Shown here piece after piece: positions 42,652 through 56,172 of a stretch of DNA of 64,000 nt. A model generated the notes under the pieces. It did not search any database. It saw only the letters and a list, made by a program, of their open reading frames with translations, and was not told the DNA's origin. The position numbers and the translations under genes are program-made. The DNA lies in the NCBI GenBank assembly GCA_965200875.1, contig OZ241456.1, forward strand, positions 1 to 64,000, in the 5' to 3' direction. This DNA is from Bdellovibrionales bacterium. GTDB lineage: Bacteria > Bdellovibrionota > Bdellovibrionia > Bdellovibrionales > UBA1609. The stretch's first letter is position 1. Every line of letters starts with the position of its first letter.

Positions 42652-43724
42652 TCCGAAATCTCTTGCTTTAAAAACTGTTTTACCCGCCAGGCTTTTAAGG
42701 ATTCAATCAGCGGGCCTAAATCCCCTATCATCACCTGGTCTAGCTGATATAAAGTGAACCCTGCACGATGATCTGTTATACGAGATTGTGGAAAGTTATA
42801 GGTTCTCATTTTTTCCGAGCGATCACCGGCACCCATTTGAGATAATCTGGTTTGAGATTCTTTTTTCTGTTGTTTTTTCCTCTCCAAATCGGATAAACGA
42901 GCATAAAGCACTTTCAGGGCTTTTTCCTTATTGGCATGCTGGGATTTTTCATCCTGACACTGTACTGTGATTTTAGTCGGTAAATGCACAGCCCTTATTG
43001 CACTATCTGTGGTATTCACATGCTGTCCACCGGAACCACTGGAACGAAAAGTATCCACCCTGATATCTGAAGGATTGATTTTCAAAGCCTTTGCAGATCC
43101 TGAAGGCAATACAACCACTGTTACGGTGGAAGTATGCACCCGGCCCTGAGTTTCTGTTTTGGGCACTCTTTGCACACGATGCACTCCACTTTCATATTTT
43201 AAGTTTTCATACACGCAAGAACCTGAAACAGAAAAAATAATTTCCTTAAATCCTCCACTGTTTCCCGGAGAAGAAGATAAAATATCTACTTTCCAGTTTC
43301 TTCTCTCTGCATAACGGGAATACATCATAAACAAATCTTTACAAAACAAACCCGCTTCATCCCCTCCGGCTGCTGGGCGAATCTCCATGACAACATTTTT
43401 TTCATCCCATTCCTCTTTAGGAATTAGAGCTTGTTTTAACTCCATGACCAAATGCTTCTCTTTTTCCTTTAAGACACTTAATTCCTCTTTCGCCAAAATC
43501 AAAAAATCTGGTTCGGAATTATCAGACAATAAAATATCCTCATAATTTTGAATATTTTTTTTCACATCTTTATATTGCGTGTACATATCCATTATTTTTT
43601 CAAGAAAAGAGTATTCTTTCATGAGTTTTGCGTGCTCTTCCTGGTCGAAAGAAGAAGATATCTTTTGCAAGTGGTCTTCCAGCTCATGGTATCTGGACTG
43701 CATTTTATTTAATTTTTCAAACAT
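42648..43724 (-). CDS. prfA: Peptide chain release factor 1
   Basis: ESGVHRVQRVPKTE (PxT motif), GGQHVN. Confidence 0.96.
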   Translation of the reverse strand: MFEKLNKMQSRYHELEDHLQKISSSFDQEEHAKLMKEYSFLEKIMDMYTQYKDVKKNIQNYEDILLSDNSEPDFLILAKEELSVLKEKEKHLVMELKQALIPKEEWDEKNVVMEIRPAAGGDEAGLFCKDLFMMYSRYAERRNWKVDILSSSPGNSGGFKEIIFSVSGSCVYENLKYESGVHRVQRVPKTETQGRVHTSTVTVVVLPSGSAKALKINPSDIRVDTFRSSGSGGQHVNTTDSAIRAVHLPTKITVQCQDEKSQHANKEKALKVLYARLSDLERKKQQKKESQTRLSQMGAGDRSEKMRTYNFPQSRITDHRAGFTLYQLDQVMIGDLGPLIESLKAWRVKQFLKQEISE

Positions 43725-43814
43725 ACTGGCTTTGTATGAGCAAAAAGCTCTTTACATCCTTACCGGAAAGACACTTTGAAAATAAAATCCTTTTTTGCCA
43801 TTCTCTGGATTTTT

Positions 43815-45359
43815 CTAACCACTCATATTATCTAAAAAATCCTGATTGGTTTTGGCTTTTTTAAGCTTATCTAAAAGAAATTCCATACTATCCACTACAT
43901 TCATGGGAGCCAAAACTTTCCGCAAAATCAAAAGCCGATTCAGTTCACTTTCCGGCATTAAAAGATCTTCTTTCCGTGTTCCTGATCTATTAATATCCAT
44001 ACAAGGAAAAATGCGTCTTTCCATAAGCTTTCTTTCCAGATGAATTTCTGAGTTTCCCGTTCCTTTAAATTCCTCAAAAATCACCTCATCCATACGAGAA
44101 CCTGTATCTATTAAAGCCGTGGCAATGATGGTCAGACTTCCCCCTTCCTCTATGTTTCTTGCAGCTCCAAAAAATCTTTTTGGCTTATGAAGGGCACTGG
44201 AATCCACCCCCCCGGAGAGAATCTTTCCAGAAGGCGGAACCACCGTGTTATAAGCCCGTGCAAGCCTTGTAATGGAATCCAACAGAATAACCACATCTTT
44301 TTTGTGCTCCACAAGCCTTTTTGCTTTTTCAATCACCATTTCCGCCACCTGAACATGTCGTGTGGGTGGTTCATCAAAGGTGGAGGAGATCACCTCTCCT
44401 TTGACACTTCTCAACATATCTGTCACTTCTTCAGGACGCTCATCAATAAGCAAAACAATTAAAAACACCTCTTCATGGTTTTTAGATATGGCATTGGCGA
44501 TATTTTGAAGCAAAACAGTTTTCCCGGTACGAGGAGGTGCCACAATCAAAGCTCTTTGGCCTTTGCCCAGAGGAGACATAAGATTTACCACACGGGTAGT
44601 GTATTCCGCTGGACGCCATTCTAGGCTAAGTCTTTCATCTGGGTAAAGAGGAGTTAGATTATCAAATAAAATTTTCTCTTTGGCTTTTTCCGGGGATTCA
44701 AAATTTATGCTGTCTGTTTTCAAAATCGCAAAATATTTTTCATCACCTTTGGGAGGACGAATAGTGCCTGTAACACTGTCTCCTGTTCTCAAACCACAGC
44801 GACGAATTTGAGAGTGACTGACATAAATATCATCAATTCCCGGTAAATAATTATAATCCGGCGAGCGTAGGAAACCATAACCATCAGGCAGTATTTCCAG
44901 CACTCCTCCTCCATAAATATCTTCCAGCTGAGCCGCCCTCTTAAGTATTTCAAAGACCATATCCTGTCTTTTCATACCGGCCGGGCTTTCGATTTTCAGC
45001 TTATGAGCTAGGCCCATCACTTCTCTTATATCCTTGGATCTCAAATTCTTAAAATCCAGACCTTTTCTTTCCTGTTCCGTCAAATTAATATCAGAGAGAT
45101 CCACTTGATCAGCGTGAGCAGAAGAAGAAACATCCTCCCGAAAAAAACGATGAGAACGGCTTTGGGATTTATGACCACTATTATCACTGTTGCCATTGTT
45201 GCCATTTCCATGATGGCTACTATTCCGATATCGTCCACGAACACGATTGCCGGATCGGCGATTGGTTTTTCGATCCGTTCGATCGATGGATGCGTAATTT
45301 TCTCCACTTTTTTTAGCGGAATACGCTTTATTATTTTTATCTGTTTCAGAATTACTCAT
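43815..45359 (-). CDS. rho: Transcription termination factor Rho
   Basis: [26 protein letters not shown]-terminal low-complexity extension. Confidence 0.97.
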   Translation of the reverse strand: MSNSETDKNNKAYSAKKSGENYASIDRTDRKTNRRSGNRVRGRYRNSSHHGNGNNGNSDNSGHKSQSRSHRFFREDVSSSAHADQVDLSDINLTEQERKGLDFKNLRSKDIREVMGLAHKLKIESPAGMKRQDMVFEILKRAAQLEDIYGGGVLEILPDGYGFLRSPDYNYLPGIDDIYVSHSQIRRCGLRTGDSVTGTIRPPKGDEKYFAILKTDSINFESPEKAKEKILFDNLTPLYPDERLSLEWRPAEYTTRVVNLMSPLGKGQRALIVAPPRTGKTVLLQNIANAISKNHEEVFLIVLLIDERPEEVTDMLRSVKGEVISSTFDEPPTRHVQVAEMVIEKAKRLVEHKKDVVILLDSITRLARAYNTVVPPSGKILSGGVDSSALHKPKRFFGAARNIEEGGSLTIIATALIDTGSRMDEVIFEEFKGTGNSEIHLERKLMERRIFPCMDINRSGTRKEDLLMPESELNRLLILRKVLAPMNVVDSMEFLLDKLKKAKTNQDFLDNMSG

Positions 45360-45546
45360 ATATTTTTACTGATTTTAGATTAACACAGATGAAGAAAGAA
45401 TGTTCTTTTTTCCTTAATTCCCTTTACCCAACATAACCTCTTTTTTGCGAATTACACGGGTAATGACATATTTTTATAGATATTTTTGATAACTTAGTAT
45501 AAGGGTATCCAAATTTCATTTTATTTGTCAATATGAAATCTGTTTT

Positions 45547-46821
45547 TTATTCCTCTAGTTCAAAATTAGCGGCTGTATAATCAAATTCTTTCTTTTTTCT
45601 CCGCTTTTTGATAATGGCAAACGCACAAATTAAGGCAATAAAAGCCAAAGCCGCGCCAGCCGTCATATCTGTTTGAGAAAAAAGGTTCAAAAACTTGTCC
45701 TCGCCTTCTCCTTCCGCCGGATGAGAGGTTTCTGATAAATGTTGATCGGATGGAGGTTTAGGAGGCACTTCCCCTGCATTTTCTTCATAAGAAGACCCTG
45801 TATCATCCGAAGGAGGTTCTGGTAACTCTTCCTCTGGTTCTCCTGGAGAAGAAATTTCGGCTATTTGCTCCACATCCTGTTCTTCATCTGGTACTTCCGA
45901 AGTAGGAGAAGGTTGTTCTGGAGAGACCGGGATGCTTTCCCCGCCCGATGGCCAATATCTGACAGTCAAAGCAGAATCCAAAATCCCTTTGGATTGTAAA
46001 TCGGAATTGGTCGCCCAAATTTCTTTCCAACTATTGGAGTGTCCCAGTAATTGCCTAGCAATTTGACGAATATTTTCCCCGACTGAAACCTGATAAAAAC
46101 TGGGTTGAATTCCCCTATCCTCAAAATAAAACAGTAACTGATTGGAATCCTGCGGACGATTAGGAGAAGAATAATAAATTTTATCACCCACTTTTACTGT
46201 TCGAGCTTTTAAATGAGGATTAATGGCATAAAGTTGACTGATTTGATCAGAGCCAAAAATTTTATTGCTGATGCTTTCAATACTTTCTCCGGATCTTGCT
46301 ATATAAACCGCATTGACCAAAAATCCTGCCATTTGATAAGGTTCCGCTTTAATTTTTTTATACGGAATATTCTGCCTTAAAGGCTCATCAGAAGAAATAT
46401 CTGAATCCCCCATACCGGATGCAAAAAAGCCTTTATTTTGATCATCTTCTTCGGTTCCTTCTTCAGTTCCTTCTTCAGCTAAGGCTGACGATTCTTCTGA
46501 CTCTTCTAGTCCCTCTGATTCCACTATTATATTTTCCGCTTGTTCCTCCACCAGATAATCTTCATCCTCTTCATCAATATACTCAACTTCCTCATCCCCT
46601 GAATCCGCCGAGTAAGATTCATTATCTGCTGAATCAGTTATTTCCTCCTCACTGGAAATTTCTGCTTCTGCTTCTTCTTCCTCCGCTCCTTCTTCCTCCG
46701 CGTAATAATCCTCCTCTCCTGCACCGTCCTCGGAAACCTCATCAGAACTAAAAATAGTACAAGACGAAAACACACAAAGAAAAAAAGAAAGAAAAAAGAT
46801 ATTTATTAGATGTTTTATCAT
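45547..46821 (-). CDS. Acidic lipoprotein with LysM-like domains and C-terminal TM
   Basis: Lipobox FSSC; YIARSGESIESIS and YQVSVGENIRQIA...WKEIWATN. Confidence 0.7.
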   Translation of the reverse strand: MIKHLINIFFLSFFLCVFSSCTIFSSDEVSEDGAGEEDYYAEEEGAEEEEAEAEISSEEEITDSADNESYSADSGDEEVEYIDEEDEDYLVEEQAENIIVESEGLEESEESSALAEEGTEEGTEEDDQNKGFFASGMGDSDISSDEPLRQNIPYKKIKAEPYQMAGFLVNAVYIARSGESIESISNKIFGSDQISQLYAINPHLKARTVKVGDKIYYSSPNRPQDSNQLLFYFEDRGIQPSFYQVSVGENIRQIARQLLGHSNSWKEIWATNSDLQSKGILDSALTVRYWPSGGESIPVSPEQPSPTSEVPDEEQDVEQIAEISSPGEPEEELPEPPSDDTGSSYEENAGEVPPKPPSDQHLSETSHPAEGEGEDKFLNLFSQTDMTAGAALAFIALICAFAIIKKRRKKKEFDYTAANFELEE

Positions 46822-46956
46822 AGTTGCTATATTTTGATATTAACCTGAAATTTATTTCCAGGTCAGTTTGTGTAAATATTACATATAATATTGAATCAGG
46901 ACTGAAGTATAAAGTCCAATACAGAAGTTCCTAATCTGGACTATAGGTTAGTCTTT

Positions 46957-47862
46957 TTAAAATTGACATAGCAAGCCATATCTCAATCCGGTGATTGAAA
47001 CAACGCATTCTCTCCACTGAAATTGATTCATAATTTGTTTCAATATCCCAAGACCTGCCGGTAAAACATCAGCTCGATAAAGAGGCATGCCCTTTAAGGT
47101 TTTTCTTTTTTCAAGAGAGAGCCTAAACAAATATTCCCACCATTTCTGCACCTGCTCAGCACTCAGTTTTTTTCCATGTAATCCTTTCAATTTATCCGTT
47201 CCCTGGATTAAAGTCGCTAAAGTCGTGGGGGTTCCTGCTGTCGCCACTAAAGTCATATTTTTGGAAAAAGAAAATGGTATGGATTGTATTTCCCGTTGAA
47301 TAGCCTCCATGAGAAAGAGTATTTCTTTTTCCTTCGGGGGATCTGTATGCAAAAACTTTTCCATTAAATTGACAGACCCTATGGGCAGGCTAAACACTTG
47401 ATGAGCTGTGCTGATCTCCGTGGAAGCTCCACCGATATCCAACACAACAACTTCTTCCTCCGGCGGAAATGACATTTGAAACAAAGCCCCCTTGCGACTG
47501 ACTTTAGCCTCCTCCTCCGCGGAAATAATTTTAAGGGAAAAACCATATTTTTCTGCTAGGGAAAAAAGCTTCTTAGCGTTCATGGCTTTACGACCTGCCT
47601 CTGTGGCAACACATTTTATTTTTTCCACTGAATATTGATAAACCAGCTTGCGGGATTTTTGAAAAAAAAATTCCTGACGCTTTAAAGCCTCATCTGTAAT
47701 TTCAGGACCAGCCAATGTCTTTTTAGAAGAAAATCCTTCTGCCAATCTGGTAAAAAATATTTGATCTTCTAATATCTTCGGTGGTTTGGATCGGTTTTTA
47801 ACAATCTGCGCTATCAACAATAAGGAAGTATTGGAACCTATGTCCATAACCGCAACCTTCAA
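46957..47862 (-). CDS. ppx: Ppx/GppA phosphatase family protein
   Basis: DIGSNT, ATEAGR, DIGGASTE, GLRYG. Confidence 0.9.
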   Translation of the reverse strand: MKVAVMDIGSNTSLLLIAQIVKNRSKPPKILEDQIFFTRLAEGFSSKKTLAGPEITDEALKRQEFFFQKSRKLVYQYSVEKIKCVATEAGRKAMNAKKLFSLAEKYGFSLKIISAEEEAKVSRKGALFQMSFPPEEEVVVLDIGGASTEISTAHQVFSLPIGSVNLMEKFLHTDPPKEKEILFLMEAIQREIQSIPFSFSKNMTLVATAGTPTTLATLIQGTDKLKGLHGKKLSAEQVQKWWEYLFRLSLEKRKTLKGMPLYRADVLPAGLGILKQIMNQFQWRECVVSITGLRYGLLCQF

Positions 47863-49319
47863 CTTTTCAACTTCTCCTTTAAAATCTTGTTTAAGCCTAC
47901 CGGATCCGCCTGACCTTTGCAGGCTTTCATAATTTCCCCCACAAAAAAACCAAAAATTTTTTCTTTTCCATTTTTATAGTCTGTCACCTGTTTTGGAAAT
48001 TTTTTTATCACTTCCTCCACCATTTCTGATAAAACCGCCGTATCACTTATTTTCTTTAATCCAAGCTTCTTGACGATTCCCCGGGCACTTTCCTTTGTAT
48101 TCCACATTTCCGCAAATACTTTTTTTCCCATTTTTCCTGAAATCTCTTTTTTCTCAATCATTTTAATCATCTCCCCTAACTGCTCTGGTGCTACAGGACA
48201 GGAAATGATGCTTTTTTTCTCCTCGTTGAGACGAGCTAGGACTTCATTAATAAGCCAATTTGCAGACATTTTAGCACCAGCTTTGGTTTTTACTGTATTT
48301 TCAAAATAATCTGCCCGGTCTTTTTCCTCTGTAATTAAAAAAGACTCTCCGGCTAGCAATCCATATTGTTGCTGAAAACGATCTGTTTTTTGCAAAAAAG
48401 ACTCCGGTATGGTTTTTTTCTGCTCTTCAATCCATTGCTCGGATAAAACAACCGGGCGCAAATCCGGGTCGGGAAAATAACGATAATCACTGGCCTCCTC
48501 TTTAGAGCGCAAAGAAAAAGTTTTATTTCTGGTGGAATCATAGAGACGGGTTTCCTGAATCACTTTATTTCCTTCATTTAAAATACAAACCTGTCTTTTG
48601 ACTTCGTACTCAAGAGCTTTTTCAATAAACTTAAAGGAGTTAAGGTTTTTCAATTCCGCCCTGACACCAAGTTGAGTATCTGACATTTTTTGCAAACTGA
48701 TATTACAATCACAACGTAAAGAACCTTCTTCCAAATTGCCATCACATACTTCCAAATATTGTAAAATTTTTCTTATAGAACGAACCATTTCCGCCGCTTC
48801 TGCCGGAGAATTTATATCCGGTTCAGAAACAATCTCCACCAATGGCTGACCAGCGCGATTAAAATTAACCAAGGAACAATGCCCTTTATGATGAAACCGG
48901 CCTGCGTCTTCTTCTATATGCACTCTTCGAATATTTACTTTTTTTCTCACACCTCCGCATTCAAATTCCACATACCCTTTTTCACAAATCGGCTTTTCGT
49001 ACTGAGATATTTGATATCCTTTCGGTAAATCAGGATAAAAGTAATTCTTCCTAGCAAAAACAGATCTGCGATTAACATGGCAATTTAATGCCAACCCCAC
49101 CCGCAAAGCATATTCCAAAGCCTTACTGTTTAAAACGGGAAGTGTCCCAGGAAGACCCAAACTAACCGGATGAATATGTTTATTTTCCTCTTCCACAAAA
49201 TGAGCGGGATCAGAAGAAAAAAGCTTACTTTTTGTTAAAAGTTGAGCATGTATCTCTAAACCAATAACTACCTTCCAACCCTTTAAAAGAGACGAAGCAA
49301 TTTTTTTTTCCATCAACAC
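47859..49319 (-). CDS. gatB: Asp/Glu-tRNA amidotransferase subunit B
   Basis: IGLEIHAQL, RKNYFYPDLPKGYQISQ, DYRYFPDPD. Confidence 0.97.
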   Translation of the reverse strand: MLMEKKIASSLLKGWKVVIGLEIHAQLLTKSKLFSSDPAHFVEEENKHIHPVSLGLPGTLPVLNSKALEYALRVGLALNCHVNRRSVFARKNYFYPDLPKGYQISQYEKPICEKGYVEFECGGVRKKVNIRRVHIEEDAGRFHHKGHCSLVNFNRAGQPLVEIVSEPDINSPAEAAEMVRSIRKILQYLEVCDGNLEEGSLRCDCNISLQKMSDTQLGVRAELKNLNSFKFIEKALEYEVKRQVCILNEGNKVIQETRLYDSTRNKTFSLRSKEEASDYRYFPDPDLRPVVLSEQWIEEQKKTIPESFLQKTDRFQQQYGLLAGESFLITEEKDRADYFENTVKTKAGAKMSANWLINEVLARLNEEKKSIISCPVAPEQLGEMIKMIEKKEISGKMGKKVFAEMWNTKESARGIVKKLGLKKISDTAVLSEMVEEVIKKFPKQVTDYKNGKEKIFGFFVGEIMKACKGQADPVGLNKILKEKLKS

Positions 49320-49338
49320 CCATCCTGAACTATCACTT

Positions 49339-50808
49339 TCACTCCTTTGGCCTCTGACCAGCTACTCGCAGACTTTCCTGAATGAACAAAGCGGAATCAA
49401 AAAGTGTCTGTTCCTCAAAATGCCCCGCTATCAGCTGTACCCCCACCGGCAAAGAACGGGAAAAGCCCGCCGGTACAGAAAGTGCTGGAAGACCTGACAA
49501 ATTGGCCAATACAGTAAAACCGTCAATCAAGTAAGAAGATAAAGATCCTGCCGGATTTTCTCCCAATTTAAAAGCTGTAGAAGGAGCAACAGGAGCTATC
49601 AATAAAGAGTATTCCGAAAATATTTTCCGAAACTCATCTCTGATTTGTCTCCGAATCTCTGATGCCTTATTGTAATACTCATCATAATAGCCACTGGAAA
49701 GGCAATAAGTTCCCATAAGAATTCTTCTTTTAACCTCACTGCCAAAACCCTTTCCTCGATTTTGGCTGTAAAACTCTTCTAGGCTAACAGGTTTTTTATC
49801 CTGAAAATCAAATCGTCGCCCATAACGAATGCCATCGTAGCGCGCTAGGTTGCTGGAAGCCTCACTGGTGGAAATAAGATAATAAACGGGAACAGATACT
49901 TTCATTAAAGGAAAAAAAACATCCTCTACTGTCGCGCCATGAGATTTAAAAAGCTCTGCCACTTCCTGTAAAATTTTAACAGTTTCCGGGGAACAGAATT
50001 TTTCCGTATCCTCCCTGTTAAACCAGCCTATCTTCAAATTTTTAATATTTTCTCTGTTAAGCTTTTGAGACCAATTTGCCACTTCCCGCCCGGAAGAGGT
50101 GCTGTCTTTTTCATCTTTTCCGGCAAGAACTTCCAACATAAGAGCACTATCTTCCACATACATAGTCATAGGACCTGCTTGATCCAAACTGGACGCATAA
50201 GCAATCATACCATAGCGACTCACCCGGCCATAGGTGGGCTTTACACCCACTAGGTTACAAAAAGAAGAAGGTACTCGAATAGAACCTCCGGTATCTGTCC
50301 CGACAGAAGCCACACAAAGCCCAGCAGAAACAGCAGCTGCAGAACCTCCACTGGAACCTCCGGGAACATAAGCTCTGTTCCAAGGATTGAGGGCCGGACC
50401 AAATGCAGAGTTTTCATTGCTATTTCCCATTGCAAATTCATCCTGATTGCATTTGCCCAAAATAACCGCACCAGCTCTTTCCAACCGCTTAGCCACTTCT
50501 GCGGAATAGGGAGCCACAAAGTTTTCCAAGATCTTTGAGCCTGCCGTGGTTTTTGTGTGTTTCACACAAAAAATATCCTTTAATAAGACCGGAAGCCCCA
50601 CCAGAGGTCGCTCCTTATATTCCTGAAAACGAGTGTCTATTTCTTTGGCTTTTTTCTCCGCTAGGGGATTAAAGTTCAAAACAGCATTCAGCTTGGGGTT
50701 AAGTTTTTCAATACGAGCTTTATAAAACCGACAAAGTTCTTCAGCGGAAATTTTTTTATTCCGAATTAAAGAAATAATATCTTTTATTTTATAATCAAGA
50801 AGTTCCAC
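49339..50808 (-). CDS. gatA: Asp/Glu-tRNA amidotransferase subunit A
   Basis: GGSSGGSAA, GTDTGGSIR, SSNLARYDG. Confidence 0.97.
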   Translation of the reverse strand: MELLDYKIKDIISLIRNKKISAEELCRFYKARIEKLNPKLNAVLNFNPLAEKKAKEIDTRFQEYKERPLVGLPVLLKDIFCVKHTKTTAGSKILENFVAPYSAEVAKRLERAGAVILGKCNQDEFAMGNSNENSAFGPALNPWNRAYVPGGSSGGSAAAVSAGLCVASVGTDTGGSIRVPSSFCNLVGVKPTYGRVSRYGMIAYASSLDQAGPMTMYVEDSALMLEVLAGKDEKDSTSSGREVANWSQKLNRENIKNLKIGWFNREDTEKFCSPETVKILQEVAELFKSHGATVEDVFFPLMKVSVPVYYLISTSEASSNLARYDGIRYGRRFDFQDKKPVSLEEFYSQNRGKGFGSEVKRRILMGTYCLSSGYYDEYYNKASEIRRQIRDEFRKIFSEYSLLIAPVAPSTAFKLGENPAGSLSSYLIDGFTVLANLSGLPALSVPAGFSRSLPVGVQLIAGHFEEQTLFDSALFIQESLRVAGQRPKE

Positions 50809-50842
50809 TGGTTATCCTGTTTAAAGCGACCGGCCAAAAAAC

Positions 50843-51133
50843 TTATTCTACCACCGGAGGCACTTTATATTCATTTCCCAACCGCTCTGGGGCTAGGCTT
50901 AAAAAGTTTTCTTTATCTTCCACAGGCTGAATTTGATCCAATCTGAGAGATATTTTCTCCTCCATATCATCCAGAGGGTACACCAAAGGTTCAGTATGTT
51001 GAGTGTCTACAGAGGAGATTTGACTAAAATAATCAAATACCACTCTTAATTGCTCTGTAAATTCAGATTTCTCTTTTTCAGAGAGTTTAAGCCTTGCCAA
51101 ACGCGCAGTTTTTTCCAATTGCTTTCTATCCAT
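50843..51133 (-). CDS. gatC: Asp/Glu-tRNA amidotransferase subunit C
   Basis: ARLARL...YKVPPV; upstream of gatA. Confidence 0.9.
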   Translation of the reverse strand: MDRKQLEKTARLARLKLSEKEKSEFTEQLRVVFDYFSQISSVDTQHTEPLVYPLDDMEEKISLRLDQIQPVEDKENFLSLAPERLGNEYKVPPVVE

Positions 51134-51203
51134 AATAAAATCTCCGGTTTTTATTCCATTTAATACTGGCTTTTCTGGAACAGAAAAACTCTTTAAGCCT
51201 TAA

Positions 51204-53642
<2,439 letters not shown>

Positions 53643-53710
53643 AAAAAACTCTATTGATGTTTGAAACTTCAAAAAAAGATGATAAAAAGTTCCGGAAAAA
53701 AGGATAAACT

Positions 53711-54766
53711 ATGTATTCAACTTCTTTAAACCTGATTTTGTCATTTCCTGCCAAATACATAACCATTTTCTGTATTATGGGCACTTGTCTTATTCCTTCC
53801 ACTGGTTTTGGAGGTCAAAAACTATCTGCAAATCTTGGAAATAAAGAACAAACCCTAGAGGACAAATCTGAATGGTTAAAACATTTGATAGCCTCTATTC
53901 CCTTTCAAAGAATTAAAAAAGGAAAATTTGTAATGGGCAGTCCCTTTAGTGAAAGAGGGAGAGATTCTGATGAAAACCAACGATCCGTGGAAATAACCAG
54001 ACCCTTTGAGATAATGGAAAAAGAAGTGACTCAATACCAGTGGATGCTTGTAATGGGCAAAAACCCTGCAGAATTTAAATCCAAAGATGACTGTGATGAC
54101 TATGAAAATGACATGTGTCCGAATAACCCGGTGGAAAGTGTTTCTTATGATGATGTTCAAAGTTTTATAAAGAGGATTAATGATTTTCTGGAATTAACGA
54201 ACTGTGATGGAACCCCCGACAGTCAGATGGGATGTTATCGTTTGCCGACAGAAGCTGAGTGGGAATATTCTGTGAGAGCGGACACGACTTTGGCTTATTC
54301 ATTCGGGGATGATCCTTCGGAGCTTAAGGACTTTGCCTGGTATTTGGATAATGCCAAAGGGAGAACTCATAAGGTTGGGATGAAAAAAGCAAATCCTTGG
54401 GGACTTTATGATGTTCATGGAAATGTATGGGAGTGGGTGCAGGATAGCTATGCAAAGAAGTTACCGGGAGGAAAAGACCCTTTGAATAATTTTGATAGGT
54501 ATCGCCTTATTCATGGAGGGGATTTGAAAATCAGTGCGCAATATCTGCACTCTGTATTTTATAACATAACTCCTGTACGGCTTTCAGAATCAACAGAAAG
54601 TATACCAGAAGAAAAAAAACCTTTGAACAATACCGGCTTGTTTCGTGTTATTCGCGGGGGCAGTTTAGATGTCAGCTGGCGAGGGCTACGTTCTGCTTAT
54701 CGTGGTATTGTTTATCCGGATCTTAAATTCAATGATATTGGCTTTCGCCTAGTAAAGACCCTTTAA
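53711..54766 (+). CDS. Secreted FGE-sulfatase (formylglycine-generating enzyme-like, CLec-fold) domain protein
   Basis: FVMGS, EVTQ, PVESVS, RLPTEAEWEY, NPWGLYDVHGNVWEW, RGGS, GFRLV. Confidence 0.9.
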   Translation: MYSTSLNLILSFPAKYITIFCIMGTCLIPSTGFGGQKLSANLGNKEQTLEDKSEWLKHLIASIPFQRIKKGKFVMGSPFSERGRDSDENQRSVEITRPFEIMEKEVTQYQWMLVMGKNPAEFKSKDDCDDYENDMCPNNPVESVSYDDVQSFIKRINDFLELTNCDGTPDSQMGCYRLPTEAEWEYSVRADTTLAYSFGDDPSELKDFAWYLDNAKGRTHKVGMKKANPWGLYDVHGNVWEWVQDSYAKKLPGGKDPLNNFDRYRLIHGGDLKISAQYLHSVFYNITPVRLSESTESIPEEKKPLNNTGLFRVIRGGSLDVSWRGLRSAYRGIVYPDLKFNDIGFRLVKTL

Positions 54767-54795
54767 ATTGGTAAAAAAAACTTTGTCACGAAGGA

Positions 54796-55956
54796 CTAGT
54801 TTAATTCCGTTCCTTTATCCAAAAGCTCTATATAATTTTTATAAATAAAAATTCTATTTTTGTATCTGCCTGTTACTTCCTTCACCAAACCTATCTCTTT
54901 CAAAACTTTTAAAGATCTTAAAACTGTTTGCAAAGAAGACTTTGATTTTTGCTTAATATTTTTTGTACGGGATATGGGATGCTTTTTCAAGCAGTGAAAA
55001 GTTTTTAATACACCAGCTGTATCTTTATTAAGGTTTTTTATTTTTTCTTCATCTCGTTCAAAAAGAATAACTATTTTTTCTGCCGTATCAAAAGCTTGAT
55101 GGGCCGTCTCATAAACACCGGTTAAAAAAAACTGAATCCAGGCTTCAAAATCTCCTGTTTCTCTCACACTTTGAAGCAGATTATAATATTCTTTTCTATG
55201 TGTTTTAAAGTAAAGACTTAGATAAAGCAGAGGCTCTTTTAAAAGACCTGTCAAACATAACATAAAGGTAATGAGCAAGCGTCCCAGTCTTCCGTTGCCA
55301 TCTAAAAAAGGATGTATTGTTTCAAATTGAACATGGGCAATGGCTGTTTTGATCAAAGTGGGAAGGAGAATTTTCTCATTATGCAAAAATTTTTCAAAGT
55401 TTCCCAAACAATCCGAAACATACTCTGGGGGAGGGGGAACAAACAAAGCATTGCCGGGACGGGTCCCGCCTATCCAATTTTGTGAAGTTCTGATTTCACC
55501 GGGAGATTTTTCCTGTCCCCGGCCACGGGCGAGTAATTTACCATGAATTTCACAAAGCAATCTTCGAGACAAAGGAAGTTTATGAATTTTTTTCAAGCCG
55601 TAATTCATAGCAGAAATGTAGTTGGCCACTTCTATATCATCACTGTTTGTTTTTTTATGTTTTTGCTCATTCTCAAAAAGCAGAAAGTCCGATAAAGAAG
55701 ATTGAGTGCCCTCAATTTGTGAAGATAAAACCGCTTCTTTTCTGGTAAAGGTATGTAAAAATAAATCAGCATTTGGCAAATTTGTTCGGATGCCGTTCAG
55801 CTCCCCTAAAGAAACATTTGCTTTATCCAACAAAGCATAAAATCTTTCTGTTTGAATGGGAGGACTGGGAGGCAGATCATTTGGGATATAACATTTATAG
55901 CTTTCTTCCCCGAAAGATTTTGTAATAAATTTTCCCACTCTTTTAAGCTTATTCAT
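54796..55956 (-). CDS. Fic family protein (N-terminal inhibitory motif, probable C-terminal HTH)
   Basis: HPFLDGNGRLGR Fic motif; SSQIEG inhibitory motif. Confidence 0.93.
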   Translation of the reverse strand: MNKLKRVGKFITKSFGEESYKCYIPNDLPPSPPIQTERFYALLDKANVSLGELNGIRTNLPNADLFLHTFTRKEAVLSSQIEGTQSSLSDFLLFENEQKHKKTNSDDIEVANYISAMNYGLKKIHKLPLSRRLLCEIHGKLLARGRGQEKSPGEIRTSQNWIGGTRPGNALFVPPPPEYVSDCLGNFEKFLHNEKILLPTLIKTAIAHVQFETIHPFLDGNGRLGRLLITFMLCLTGLLKEPLLYLSLYFKTHRKEYYNLLQSVRETGDFEAWIQFFLTGVYETAHQAFDTAEKIVILFERDEEKIKNLNKDTAGVLKTFHCLKKHPISRTKNIKQKSKSSLQTVLRSLKVLKEIGLVKEVTGRYKNRIFIYKNYIELLDKGTELN

Positions 55957-56003
55957 AATAAAACCCTTATAAAAAATACAATATCAGTGATATCTTTTAT
56001 ATA

Positions 56004-56172
56004 TAACTTCCAAAAAGTCAATATTTGGAAGTTTAAAAATGTTAACTCACAACTTTGGAAGTTTAATGAATGTAACTTCCAAAAAACCAATTTATGGAAG
56101 TTTAAAAATGTTAACTCATAACTTTGGAAGTTTAATGAATGTAACTTCCAAAAAACCAATTTATGGAAGTTT
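56004..56172. repeat. 69-bp tandem repeat (~2.4 copies) containing AACTTCCA-N13-TGGAAGTT palindromes
   Basis: Units start at 56004, 56073 and 56142. Confidence 0.92.

Noticed and set aside
56004..56172. CRISPR array
   Set aside because: The sequences between the palindromes are themselves near-identical rather than unique spacers, and no cas genes are present.
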